This document shows, piece by piece, positions 12,540 through 25,659 of a stretch of DNA of 64,000 nucleotides. The stretch comes from Pecten maximus (Eukaryota), in contig NC_047015.1 in NCBI RefSeq assembly GCF_902652985.1, positions 56,296,001 to 56,360,000 on the forward strand. The letters run 5' to 3'. Position 1 is the stretch's first letter. The number at the start of each line of letters is the position of its first letter. The notes below the pieces were generated by a model that saw only the letters and a program-made list of their open reading frames with translations, ran no database searches and had not been told where the DNA came from. The position numbers were made by a program, and so were the translations under genes.

Positions 12540-15500
12540 TTTCAGATCGATGTTAAATTAAAATTTGAAATAATTTTAATATTTAATTCTAGAATATTTT
12601 TATCATCAGATCAATAAGCTATAACAAATTTCAAATATAAATTTTTGAATGCATTCCTCAAATCATTATATTTATTGGATTCTTTGAGAACTTTTTGAGT
12701 TCAAATATTTTAATGTATTTTTTAAAAAGTTTTTCAATACAGTCTTCACATTAATTTTTGACTCGTAGATAAAACTTTTAAAACTTGATTTTTCTGATAT
12801 AAATATTTTCAGGTCATTGTTGAATTAAGGTCCTAAATGTTCTTCTGAATAAAGTTTTAAGTTAAATTTATTTAAATGTATTTTTTAATAAATTTTTGAA
12901 TTCAATTTTCAGATTAATTTTGATATGAAGTCTAAACATGTTTTTACTTATTTTTCAAATACTAATTCTTAGATCCATCTTTCAGGTCATTGTTGAATTA
13001 AGTCATAAAATACTTTTTTGATTCTTTGAAATACATTTTAGAATATTTGAAATATTTTTGAAAAATTCTTGACATCAGTATTTTTATGCATTTATTCTTG
13101 TAATAAATTTTTGAATTCATTTAAATAATCTCATATTGATTTTTCAAATAATATTTGAATTCAATCTTCATATGTTTTAATAAATTTTTGAATATAATTT
13201 TCAGATTAATTTTGCCATGAAGTTTAAATATTTTTTTACTTATTTTTCAAATACTAATTTTTAGATCCATCTTTCAGGTCATTGTTGAATTAAGTCATAA
13301 AATACCTTTTTGATTCTTTGAAATACATTTTTAAATATTTAAAATATTTAAAAAGAATTCTTTACGTCCGTATTTTAATGTATTTATTCTTGAAATAAAT
13401 TTTTGAGTTCATTTAAATAATTAAATATTTATTTTTTAAAGAATATTTGAATTCAATCTTCACATAAATGTTTGACTTGTAGATGAAAGTTTTTAAGCTA
13501 GATGTTTCATATATGAATTTTTGAATTCATTCTTGCCATCAGTATTTCAATACTTAGTCTTTAATAGATTTTTGAGTTCCTTCTTTACATCAATAATGTA
13601 TCTAACCTTTAATGAATTTTTGAATTTGATCTTCACATTAATTTTTGACTTTTAGATGAAACTTTTTAAACTAGATTTTTCTGATATAAGTTTTTAGATC
13701 CATTTTTCAGGTCATTGTTGAATTAAGTCTTAAATATTATTTAATTCATTTGAATAAATTTTTGAGTTAAATGGTTTTTAAATATATTTTTTTAATAAAT
13801 TTTTGAATTTAATTTTCAGATTAATTTTGCCATGGAATTTAAATATTTTTTTACTTATTTTTCAAATACTAATTTTTAGATCCATCTTTCAGGTCATTGT
13901 TGAATTAAGTCATAAAATACTTTTTTGATTCTTTGAAATAAATTTTTGAATACTTAAAATATTTAAAAAGAATTCTTTACATCAGTATTTTAATAATGTA
14001 TTTATTCTTGAAATAAATTTTTGAATCATTTAAATAACTATTTATTTTTTAAAGAATATTTGAATTCGATCTTCATGTTTTTTTAATAAATTTTTGAATT
14101 TAATTTTCAGATTAATTTTCACATAAAGTGTAAATATTTGTTTACTTATTTTTCAAAATACGAATTTTTAGATCCAATTTTCAGGTCATTGTTGAATTAA
14201 GTCTTCAAATACTTTTTTGATTCTTTGATATAAATTTTTGAATACTTGAAATATTTAAAAAGAATTCTTTGCATTAGTATTTTACAAATGTATTTATTCT
14301 TGAAATAAAATTTTGAATTCATTTAAATAATTTAATATCTATTTTTTAAAGAATATTTGAATTCAATCTTCATGTTTTTTAAATAAATTTTTTAATTTAA
14401 TTTTCAGATTAATTTTGACAAAGTGTAAATATTTTTTTACTTATTTTTCAAATACTAATTATCGGATCCATCTTTCAGGTCATTGTTGAATTAAGTCATA
14501 AAATACTTTTTTGATTCTTTGAAATAAATTTTTGAATACTTGAAATATTTTTGAAAAATTATTGACATCAGTATCTTAATCATGTATTTATTCTTTAAAC
14601 AAATTTTTGAATACTTAAAATATTTTTAAAAAATTCTTCACATCAGTATTTTAATTATGTATTTATTCTTGAAATAAATGTTTGAATTCATTTAAATAAT
14701 TCAATATTTATTTTTTAAAGAATATTTGAATTCAATCTTAATGTTTTTTTAATAAATTTTTGAATTTAATTTTCAGATTAATTTTGACAAAGTGTAAATA
14801 TTTACTTGCAACAATAAAAAAATAAAATATTAATTTTGAATACATTCTTGATGAATTTAATAGTCCTTAATGTTTTCAGTTTTAAAAGTAAATTTTTGAA
14901 TGCAGATATATTTTTTTCAGATTAATTTTAACTTTTTAATCAATTTTTTTTCAAATACAAATTGTATTATCTTTTTTTCAGGTCATTGTTGAATTTTGTA
15001 TTTAAATATTTATTAATTCTTTTAAAAAAATTCTCGAGTTGAAATATATTCCTCAATAAATTTTTTAATTCAATTTTCAGATTGATTTTAACTTGTAGTC
15101 TTAACATTGTTTTAAAGATTTTTATAAATACATATTTTTGGATACATTTTTCAGGTCATTGTTGGATTTAACAGTCTTTAAATTTGTTTTAATTCTTATA
15201 AATAGATTTTGAATGAATTCTTGAAATATTGTATAGTTTATTATTTTTTAATTCAATCATCAGATCAATGTTTACTTGCCGCTTTAATTTTTTTTTTTTT
15301 TTTTTAATTTTTTAAAAATAAATTTTTGAATTTAAGTATTTTGAAATGTATTCCTGAAAGCATTTTGGAACTATCCGATTTGTTGACTTGTATTTTTATA
15401 TTATTTTTCAAATATTAATTTTTTCCGTATATTTAAATTAATGTTTAATTTATTAAAACAAAAATGAATTCATTCAAATATTTCAATATTCATTGTTAAA

Positions 15501-15760
15501 TAATTTTTGAATTCGATCTTCGGATTCATTTTGACTTTTTCAGGTCATCGTTCAGTTAAGTCTTTAAATATTTTTAAATTCTTAATTTTGTTGAATTCTT
15601 TTAATTGTTTTTTTTCTGTTAAGATCAATTTTTGATTTTTGAAATTCATTCTTGAAATTGTTTTTGTTTCCTTTAGATATTATTTCAAAATTTATTCTTA
15701 ATATATTTCGGATCAATTTTAATTACTTTTTCAATAATTCTAATTTTTGTTTTTATAAAT
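12540..15760 (+). repeat. Very T-rich degenerate tandem repeat tract
   Basis: 'tttcaggtcattgttgaatt' recurs at ~12807, 12980, 13272, 13705, 13886, 14179, 14473, 14976 and 15150, with a frequent spacing of ~293 bp. Confidence 0.85.
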
Positions 15761-15767
15761 TGATCTT

Positions 15768-15987
15768 TTTGCCTCTCAACTGATGAAGCCCGGGCAAACT
15801 TGTAACTTATTATTAAAGGGCAGAAACTCAATTGCCATATCGATTTCATATCATTCTCTTTCTATAATTGACATTCACTAATGTTTTGGCTGTTATTATG
15901 ACAACAAAACTTTATTAATAGTAACAATCCAGAAAAAGAAACATTTTCCAAAATTTATGAAATTATTTTGGCAGTTGAGTCTTGAGG
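15768..15987 (+). ncRNA. Type I hammerhead ribozyme (variant core, long loop III), predicted cleavage 3' of C15981
   Basis: Stem I: CTCAA 15775-79 / TTGAG 15982-86. Core: CTGATGA 15780-86. Stem II: GCCC 15788-91 / GGGC 15818-21. GAAA 15823-26. Stem III: CTCAATTGCCA 15827-37 / TGGCAGTTGAG 15969-79 (one G-U), then T-C. Pseudoknot: TTTGCCT 15768-74 / GGGCAAA 15792-98. Confidence 0.75.
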
Positions 15988-16685
15988 TCATTACACACCT
16001 CTTCTAATATTATGGAGCAGTTATCTCCGTTGTCAGTCCATTAATATCAATTATAGTTAATTATAGTTAACGTCACAGCATGATAGGAACATAAAAAATA
16101 TTCATTGAATCTTACAGTGCATCTATTCTTCAAGAATAAAATAATTGGGCGATATAGCTTTTGTGGCGAAATGACACTTGGGGATATATGGTTCCAAGTG
16201 GCTAAATGGTTTTCGAATTTGGGCGGTAGGAATCAAATTCGTGGCAAAATGTTTTTTTTCTTTTCTTTTTGGGACGAGTCTGTAATCCGTTTATATAGTA
16301 AGGAATGAAAAAACAGACATACAGTGAAAGCGCTAGTGCAAAATATTACTTTTGTCAATCATCAGTTTTATATATAATTTACTTGAAAATTTTCATCATA
16401 TGTGTGTATATATAAAGAAAAATAAAACAAGCCAAGATTTACCTTCATTTGCGGACTTTATTTGACGTTGCCGGGATATATGACGTCAAAAATACTGAAA
16501 ACGCCATAAGTTAACAACAGCTGTGACATCATTAACAAATTGTGCATGTAGGTTAGGTTTAAACATGTTGATAAACATTTTTTCTTTCAGTTCTTGAGCG
16601 ACCAAATACATGAAACTAATTCCTTGAACACTGGTGCATATGTGTGTGTGTATGTATTAACAAAGGAAGCCATATACATATATAA

Positions 16686-17712
16686 TCAAATATAAATCTT
16701 TGAATGCATTCTTCAGATCATTGTTAAATTTAGTCTTTAAATATTTTTTTTATTATTTAAATAAATTTTTGAATTAAATATTTTGAAATACTATTCCTGA
16801 ATACATTTTGGAATTCATCCAACAGATTTGTTGACTTGTATTTTTGTATTTTTCAAATATTAATTTTTTGCAATATATTATTTACATCAATGTTGCATTT
16901 ATTAAAACAGAAATGAATTCATTCAAATATTTCAATATTCATTGTTAAATAATTTTTTGAATTCGATCTTCGGATTCATTTTGACTTGTAGCCTTAACCT
17001 TTTTGTATCTGTTTTTAATGTAAATTTTTTAATACATTTTTCAGGTCATTGTTGAATTCAGTCTTTAAATATTTTTAAATTCATAATTTTGTTGAATTCA
17101 TTCTTGAAATGCTAAGAAATTTATTCTTGAAAAATAAATTTTTGAATTTAATAACCAAATCAATTTTGATCTGTAGCTTTAACATTTTATGTAGCTTTTC
17201 AAGATTTTTTTTAATTAATGAAATCATTTTTAAATGCATTTAATATTTTTTTAATTCATTTTTCAGATCAATTTTTAATTGACAGTTTTTCTGTTTTGGT
17301 CAATTTTTGATTTTTGAAATTCATCCTTGAAATTGTTTCTGAATTTATTAATTCTTTTTAATTGATCCCTTTAGATATTATTTCAAAATATATTCTTAAT
17401 AGATTTCAGATCAATTTTAATTACTTTTTCAATAATTCTAATAATAATAGTAATAATACATTTTGAACTGATATATTTTTTTAAATTTTCTTTATCTTTT
17501 TTTTTAATTTAAATTTTTTTTTCTTTTTTTTTTTAAATTTATCGTTTTGCCTCTCAACTGATGAAGCCCGGGCAAACTTGTTTCTTATTATCAAAGGGCA
17601 GAAACTCAATTGTCATATCGATTTCATATCATTCACTTTCTATAATTGAACACTAGTACTGGTGCATATGTGTGTGTATATGTATTAACAAAAGAAGCCA
17701 TATATATATATA
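16686..17712 (+). repeat. Diverged direct repeat of ~15320-15870 and 16626-16685
   Basis: Shared blocks include 'gaattcgatcttcggattcattttgactt', the hammerhead 5' half and 'ctggtgcatatgtgtgtg...gaagccatata'. Its start also matches 12631-12667. Confidence 0.85.
17546..17615 (+). ncRNA. Second, 3'-truncated copy of the hammerhead (catalytic half only)
   Basis: Same TTTGCCTCTCAA-CTGATGA-AGCCCGGGCAAA...GGGCA-GAAACTCAATTG, but the downstream TGGCAGTTGAGTCTTGAG strand is absent. Confidence 0.6.
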
Positions 17713-18815
17713 ATTGTGTGTGTGAAGCTATTGTAGTAATCACAATCCAAGATGTTTTACCTTATATTGTGACAACTACATTAGTTTAGAAAGGAGATAT
17801 ATTCTTTGTCTGAAGTTTGATTCTCTGGATACGTACGATACTGGGTTCGGATAATCTCAAGCATTTCTTATTCATAAAAAATGGCCATTTAAAACCCGTG
17901 AAACCATTTATTTATTTATTTAACGCTCCTGACGATATTTGCTAAAATCAATTTTCCATGTTCATAATTATGGCTTACCTTCCGAGCCACTGAAAGCCGG
18001 TCAGAGAGAGAGAGATATGTAAAGTCTCGACAAAGTGAATGAACGAGTAACTACCGTGGTGTTAGGTAGAGTATCAGCTTACAAGGAAACGAAAGCACCT
18101 GTTCCGATGAAACAAAAAGTGTTGTACATGTAGGTTTTGTGAGATAATTTTTCATGATTATTTTCGTCTTTATTGTTGGAAGGTACATGCAGAGTTTTGC
18201 TTCTCAGAGTTGAAATTGCAGTACTGTCTTGTGAAAAATGGATGTGGATTAAATCTTTTTTAACTTTGATTTTCCATCCTACGTCATCCAAAAGACGCTT
18301 GCATAAATGTTAAATATAAATTTTGAAAATGGCAGGGGTCTGGGTACTGTCCAAGCACAAGGGTTCGTTACAAATGACATGATATGCGAGATGGGTCGCA
18401 CTCGCATATGTATGCTTATAACATATATATATTGATTCATATCGGAATGTAACTAACCTGATTTAACTTCCATGTTGGATGAAATAAATACAATTCGTAC
18501 GTGTTCTTTGCGCTACTCTTCCAGATGTAACAGTGCTGTAATGGCATTGACTTGAAAATGAAAGCAGTTCAATGCTTAAATGATCAAATAGCAGATAAAG
18601 GTGTGTGTTTTTTCATTATTTGTAATACATCTGTCTAACCAGATATAGATTCCATATTGTGTGTCACACACTCAGCAAACCTAAGGGCCCAGTAGTAATG
18701 GCTATGGTGATCATGAGGCTGAGGTAAAGAGAAAAAAACACATAAACAGTTAACTTACTTTCTACCAGATTTATGCTCTTTGTGAGGCATTTAACATCGT
18801 TTTGCTCCGATAATG

Positions 18816-19153
18816 AGGGAGGCCGGGGTGGCCGAGTGGTTAAGGTGTCCCGACACTTTATCACTAGCCCTCTACCTCTGGGTTGCGAGTTCGAAACCTA
18901 CGTGGGGCAGTTGCCAGGTACCGACTGTAGGCCGGTGGTTTTTCTCCGGGTACTCCGGCTTTCCTCCACCTCCAAAACCTGGCACGTCCTTAATTTGTTT
19001 GTTTTTGTTTAACGTCCTATTAACAGCAAGGGTCATTTAAGGACGTGCCAGGTTTTGGAGGTGGAGGAAATCCGGAGTACCCGGAGAAAAAACCACGTCC
19101 TTAAATGACCCTGGCTGTTAATAGGACGTTAAACAAAAACAAACCAAACCAAA
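18816..19153 (+). mobile_element. tRNA-derived V-domain-type SINE (family A) with a nested antisense copy
   Basis: A box 'tggccgagtgg', B box 'gttcgaaacc', V-like 'tttctccgggtactccggctttcctcc', (AAACC)n tail. TSD CTCCGATAATG at 18805-15 and 19154-64. Confidence 0.9.
18994..19093 (-). mobile_element. 5'-truncated family A SINE inserted antisense into the SINE above
   Basis: Reverse complement of the SINE 3' half, flanked by the duplication CACGTCCTTAA (18983-93, 19094-104). Confidence 0.88.
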
Positions 19154-20139
19154 CTCCGATAATGTACAGAAGTGCAGTAATCTCTGCAATTCAGGGGAGG
19201 TAGCTATATGTGCTTATGACCATAATATTTCAGATAAATGATAAAAACAAATATTTCATTAAAATTTAGATAAACATTTAATGAAAACGATTCATTATAT
19301 TTTTTCAAAATACTATCAATGGAACAAAGCAAACTAAATAAATAAATTCCAAAACGTATGAGGATCCAAATTATCATTAACTAACACAATTTTTTGAAAA
19401 ACACGATCGCTTCTCATTCTGTCCTTCCATATTTGTTCTTCGTATAAGTGTTCATTATATTTTACTTTCGTTTTCCATGTATTTTTCACAGGAAATATTC
19501 CGTTTGATAAGTATTACTATTCTGGTAAGAATTTGTATAAATCATACTTTGAAATTATTATTATATCACTTACAAAACCGTTATTGTACATATTGGTCTC
19601 CGTATATACGCCATAAAAGTCGATTAAGAAATACCAGATATGATACACAAGTTCTTGCTGGTTAATCTACCAAGAACCAACAATTACTTAGTGTCTATAT
19701 ATTCCGTCATCCAAAAGAGCCGTGCATATATCAGCACGAGTTCTTTCATGAAACCCATTAATAGATTTAAAAAAAAAACATTGTGATCTTTCTAGCATTG
19801 AAATTCAACTTTTTGGAATACACCACAATTCATACCCATAAACTGCCTAAGCGTATACTGTTGATTTAATTAGTTTACCGATAGATAGTGGATTTAACGC
19901 ACATGGTGAGCTCCACTTTTAATTAAGCTCATAACACCACTTTTGAATTCATTACAAGCACGTACAGGGTGTTCATTACTATGAAAATTATAGTTTGACA
20001 TCATACCAACACGTGTTATATCCTTAACCAATGGGAGAAGGTGCTCGTAAAGATACAAATTCTCATCAATATTGCGCTTCTTTCTCTCTCGACAAAAAAA
20101 CAACATTTTACTTTTCACTGCAGAAAAACATAAATTTTA

Positions 20140-20510
20140 AATATCCATAAATCGAATTATGGATATCCATAAATCAATTTTAAATATCCATCAATCGAAT
20201 TATGAATATCTATAATTAGGATTTATGGATTTCGGTCATGTATATTCATTTCATCATTTATGTTATACGGGAAAAGACGTATTATACGTTTTATACTTGT
20301 GTCTAATCCCATTTGTGTTTTGACAATAAAATATGTTTAAATCAAAAAATCCATAATTCGATTTATGGTTATCCATAATTAGGATTTATGGATATCCATA
20401 ATTAGGATTTATGGATATCCATAATTAGGATTTATGGATATCCATAATTAGGATTTATAGATATCCATAATTAGGATTAATGGATATTCAAATTTGATCT
20501 ATGGATATAT
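20140..20510. mobile_element. Non-autonomous element fragment with palindromic ATGGATATCCAT repeats, interrupted by a LINE 3' tail (~20225-20345)
   Basis: Tandem 'ttatggatatccataattagga' units. The embedded 'acttgtgtctaatcc...caataaaaatatgtttaaatcaa' matches the LINE end at 45985-46040. Confidence 0.65.
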
Positions 20511-21132
20511 ATATATATATATAATCAGAAACTGAAAATATAACTATCAGTGAAAATTCTAAAAAAAAAATCCATTACGCTTTTTTCTGGCTTATCAAGA
20601 GTGAGAGCATACATATATCGCGGCGAATATCAGGTTTTTTGATAGTTATCAATAATCCTTCAAGTTTGAAATATTAAAATATCTTAAAATGGTCTATTAA
20701 TCTACGGTAATTGTCTTTACTGAAAGCAAAGTCATTTTCTGTGTGATATGTAAAAAAAAATACAGTATTTTATATGTCCAATAAAAGGTAATGGTTCTGT
20801 TACGTTTTGCATGCAATCTGTGTTAAACTCAAACGGTTACCGGGTATTTGATTTGACATGAATAACTTGTTATTTTGTCGAATTCCGTTTTATCGTTTAC
20901 CTTTTGCAAACATGACTTGGACATCAGATCGTTCTTGAAGTGACTAAGTGAACGAAACTTTATCGTGACTGTATATCGGCAAAACTACACCAAATTACAA
21001 GTAACATAACGAAACATTACATATATATTTACATGTATTGACCAGTCTTCAGACTAAACTGATGAGCGACAGAGCGAAGTTATAATGATTATATAATGTT
21101 GACAAATATTGACCAAACTTTTCACCAAAAAT

Positions 21133-21216
21133 GATAACTCGCTTAATTCGAACACTCGGATAACTCGAAGTTTTTTCGTGATCCCGTCGCCTTCGAGTTA
21201 ACGAAGTTCCACTGTA
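21133..21216. mobile_element. Tc1/mariner/pogo-type MITE end
   Basis: Repeated 'ataactcgaa' motifs ending in 'gttccactg|ta'. Confidence 0.5.
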
Positions 21217-21260
21217 CTGTACATGTACATGAGTTTACACAGGTAAATGGTCACCTAAGA

Positions 21261-21387
21261 TTTTGTTTGTTTTTGTTTAACGTCCTATTAACAGCCAGGG
21301 TCATTTAAGGACGTGCCAGGTTTTGGAGGTGGAGGTGGAGGAAAGCCGGAGTACCCGGAGAAAAACCACCGGTCTACGGTCAGTACC
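21261..21387 (-). mobile_element. 5'-truncated family A SINE
   Basis: Matches the SINE 3' half. TSD TGGTCACCTAAGA at 21248-60 and 21388-400. Confidence 0.9.
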
Positions 21388-22039
21388 TGGTCACCTAAGA
21401 ATCAGCTACTTTTCCAAAACAGGCTATAACCCTGCCTATAGCTAGTATCAAAATGCCTTCAAATCTTACCTGTGCCCAATGCGTCAGTTGACACTGATAC
21501 GTTAATTGCTCTGTGGATTGGCACGGTGACCTCTTCAGTGGACAACTTTACTACGAAATGTTACGAAAAGTGGCGACATAGGATTTTTTTTTCTTCTGAA
21601 TGTTCCATATGTTTGAATCGGCCACAGTTTTCAAAGTAAAAAGTTTATGCCTGGTATTTCAACTATTATCCATTCAATTTGGTATATTTATCAGTTACTT
21701 GTCTACGCATTGAAAACACGTTTATAAAAAAAAAAAAAAAAAAAAAGCGAGTAAAACGAAACGTACCTTGAATTATGGGTATCCGTAATTCGAATTTTGT
21801 GTGATATTTGCTGATATAACATTGTACAGCATAAAACCGTAGGATACATGTCATTTGGGTCAATTTCTCTTTTTTTCCAAACTGTAACAGCAGCGCCACC
21901 TTACAGGTTTTGCTGGAAGTCCACAATTCTAACCTTGTCAAGTTTTCTTTTTTTATCTAACCCGAAGATTTTAAAAGTTTGTTTATTTCCATATGCAGAG
22001 AACATAAAGGTAGCATTAATACATTATTCAATATATATT

Positions 22040-22198
22040 TAAGGATTGAATCTTGATTTGGTCGATTTCATGGGGTCATGAATTGAGTTGCTCTTGAGAT
22101 AAATTTAATGAACTGCGAAGCATTTCATGTTGAATTTGTCTCAAGAGCAACTCAATTCATGACCCCATGAAATCGACCAAATCAAGATTCAATCCTTA
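22040..22198. repeat. Long hairpin with ~60-bp near-perfect arms, probably a non-autonomous element end
   Basis: 'taaggattgaatcttgatttggtcgatttcatggggtcatgaattgagttgctcttgaga' followed by its reverse complement. Confidence 0.9.
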
Positions 22199-23779
22199 TA
22201 TTTCAATTTGTTTTTTTTTCGAATAAAAAAGTCGGTCTAGATATTAATGTCTCGAAGCTTGTGCAAGTCCAAATGCCCGATGAGTTCCGGATTGTGCATG
22301 TCTAGTCGGTCGAGTAAAATAGTCCGCAATTTTAGGATTGAAAATAGCATTATTTTGTCAAAATAGAAGTATCTAGCATATCTGGTCTTTCATAGAATAC
22401 AAGAATACATTATCAATTTGATAATTTTAATAATTATTCCATGTTTATAACAACAATATAGAAAAAAGTGAAATCGTTCCGCGGAAGGATTTTAACCATG
22501 TATTCATACGCACTGATCAGTGTTAATCTGGTCAAATTCATGAGCAAATGAAACAGATTAAGTTTGGTAGTTTCATTGAGTCCAACTTGAGTAGAAATTG
22601 AAATATTAAGATTTAAAAGGAGGCGGAGGACATACAGTTGATTTAATATCTTGGTTTCTGCATACGCCCAATGTCACAAGCGACAGCGGTACGACTGCGG
22701 GGACATTTGGGGGACTTCTGTCAATGTTTCCCATCACAATTAGTAATTGTTTTTTTATTTTATCATACCAGAAAATTGGCACTAGAACACGTTAAAGTGC
22801 TCGAAAGGCCTATAAAACAAGAAATATCTTTAAAAAAAGATAAACGGCATAGTTTTAATGCTGGTGATTATAATGTAGAACAGCTGGTGAAATAAATCAA
22901 CGAACTAATGCGTTTCAGCACAGATAACAAAATTATTAAATGCATATCTGCTTTTTGCATTTACCGCTACAATGATCAATCACATACATCAACTTGACCA
23001 GTAACGCCACCTGTCGCGTCATATCCGGGGTCAAGAGAATATTATACGGATATGTCGAAAAAGCAGTTGGTACCTTCGGCACCACATCTGCGTACACATC
23101 GAAACAGGTCTAGCTACGCCACTGATACGAAATATATATTTGTCGGTGCTCTTACATAGACAGTTAATCTATATAAGGATTTGACGTGAATAAACTCACA
23201 TTTCAAATTTTTGAACACTGATTGAGTTTAACGGCATGGTGACGTTATATAACCGTCATTGGTTAATTAATTCGATATCATGTATATCTAATTTTAATGT
23301 TGGAAATGTAAATGTTTATAGTGTCGCGTAAGTCTGATAAGTTTGGACATTTTAATGTATGATATCTATGTGCTTTTATGTATTCAAAAATGAGTGACAC
23401 TTAAATGAAATATATCTTATATTTTTTTTTAAATTATCTTCAATTTAGATGTGTTGGTAGTTAAATCAGATGACACATGTGTAATAAGTCATTTCCTTTA
23501 ATTAGCTTCGTATTATTCTCTAGCTTTTGTCATTTAATTGGTCGTCTACTAATTACCAAGAAGATGACACCACCAAAGTGTAATCAACCAGTATACTATA
23601 CCGGTCAGTTGAACCAACCATTTAAGTGATTTAGATATAAATATATCTTTAAGATTATTACTTTTTGGAAATGAAAATATGTCTTTGTATTTAAATTGTG
23701 TTGTATTTAACAAAGTACAAAATTTTATAAAATCCAGCGGAAGATTTTAACAAGTTTTTAACAATATTTAACATGTTTG

Positions 23780-23992
23780 AAAATTTTATTGACTTTGTTA
23801 TATTATTTTGTGTGAGTGCCTAATGTTATGTAGGCCTATATCTCTTTCGTACTGCAGTTGATCAGTCTGTAATATCATCTGTTGTCTATGTAACTATTGT
23901 AAGGAAATGGCTTCATAAGTTGTAATAACTTGTGCCAAATCCTATTTGCAAATATGTGTAAATAAAATATGTTTAAAGTCAAAAAAAGTCAA
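23780..23992 (+). mobile_element. 3' UTR fragment of a CR1/L2-group LINE
   Basis: 'ataagttgtaataacttgtgccaaatcc...aataaaatatgtttaaa' resembles the terminus at 45975-46040. Confidence 0.65.
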
Positions 23993-25659
23993 CCAACCAT
24001 GGTATCTTTGCTGCTAGACAGTGTGTCGACGCAGGTTGTCGTTGAAATAATGAACACTAGTACTGTATCGCTAAATCTTAACCTAAATTAAACAAACAAT
24101 TGCAGCATACATTTGTGTAACATACTTTGATGAATATCTCGTTTTGAACATATTTCTCCAGTAGTTGAATTTCTTTCCTCTTTTTTCCCTGTAAAAATTG
24201 ACATCAAATAATTCTTCCTTTTATTTTCGATTGGGAAATTAAACCGTGATATTTAGTATGTTGATTTGTTTTGAAGATTCACTCCATGCAGATGACCTTT
24301 CCTCGCGAGGCTAATTTAGAATGTAAAATTCTTAATAGCTTACGTTGTTTTTTCGTCCGTAGCAAGCTTTGATTCAATTGGAAATTTCATGCTGGTTAAT
24401 TTAACTCTTGGATATATTATTCTGGCATCAAAATGACATATGATTAATCGATATTCATATGAATCGTGTAATGTAAAAAGAGAGCATTGTTTCCATGAAA
24501 GAATTTAAACTTCAATATGTCTCAGTATTACGTATAATGTGAAGGATCCAATACACTTATATCATTTTCCAATTAATATATTCTGATCAAATGCACTGAC
24601 TACCTGATCACGTACTAGTAACCGTCACGCCCCTTTGTTTTTTTTCATTGGTTGTGAACTCCCCCCCGCCCCCCCCCCCCCCCCCCCCCCTCCCCTCTCA
24701 AGTTCACTCATTGGTTAATCTGTGTTCTGTGTAGCAGCATATCCCCCTTATACAAGTCATCAACGCCTTTATTGAACGCTCGTAACATTCGTCATTTGAT
24801 ATTTTGAACTTAGCGCTGCCTTGGATGAGCAGAAACATACATGTATATAACAATATATGTTTCTGGGATGATGAGGACACAGCAACCTTACAAGACATGT
24901 TAAATACTTTAGAAGAATATATATATAACATTTTTTATATAAATGCAATGTCGTCCACTAGCAGTGTTTAGGGACGAATCGTCTTTGAACTCTTCGGAAT
25001 ACTTTCACGTGCGGGGGAATTCAAAATATCTCTGCCGTTGGTCGGATAGCGTTCTAGTGTTTGAACATGATGCAGTCACGCTAGTATCCGCATTCGGCCC
25101 ACGTTTGCCGAAGGGTTCATTGTGGTTTCTCCAGTTACTAAAACATTATTCTTATTGTATTATATTGTATTTCCAGTACTTCTTATATATATTATGTGAT
25201 TGTATTTGTGATTTTTTGTGTTTTGATAAAGGGGCGGATTGCCTCGAAAATTTAACAAACCTTATTGTTTACACTGTTTGAATTACTTCTTTGCCCCATA
25301 TATATATATATATATAAAGGGATTTAAGACACATCGGCAGCTTCGCCCATATCTGTTCCGGCCATTATGTAAAACAACCCCGTTTTCACGCCGCACCGAC
25401 TTGTCCGATAGGTGGCACTGGTTTATGGATATTTATAATGCACATGCCAGTAACATCTTGGATCGATCATTTGTAAGTCTGTATCAATCAATAATACTAT
25501 TTATACAATACAATGTCTATGGCTTAGGTATAATCAATTAATCAGTCTCGACAATTACGACCCACTTTCATTTAATAACTATATACGGTCTATATTTCAC
25601 CTATGGTGTTTCGGAACTCCTCGTGCATGTGACCAAATCTACTGGTATATATAGAGGGC

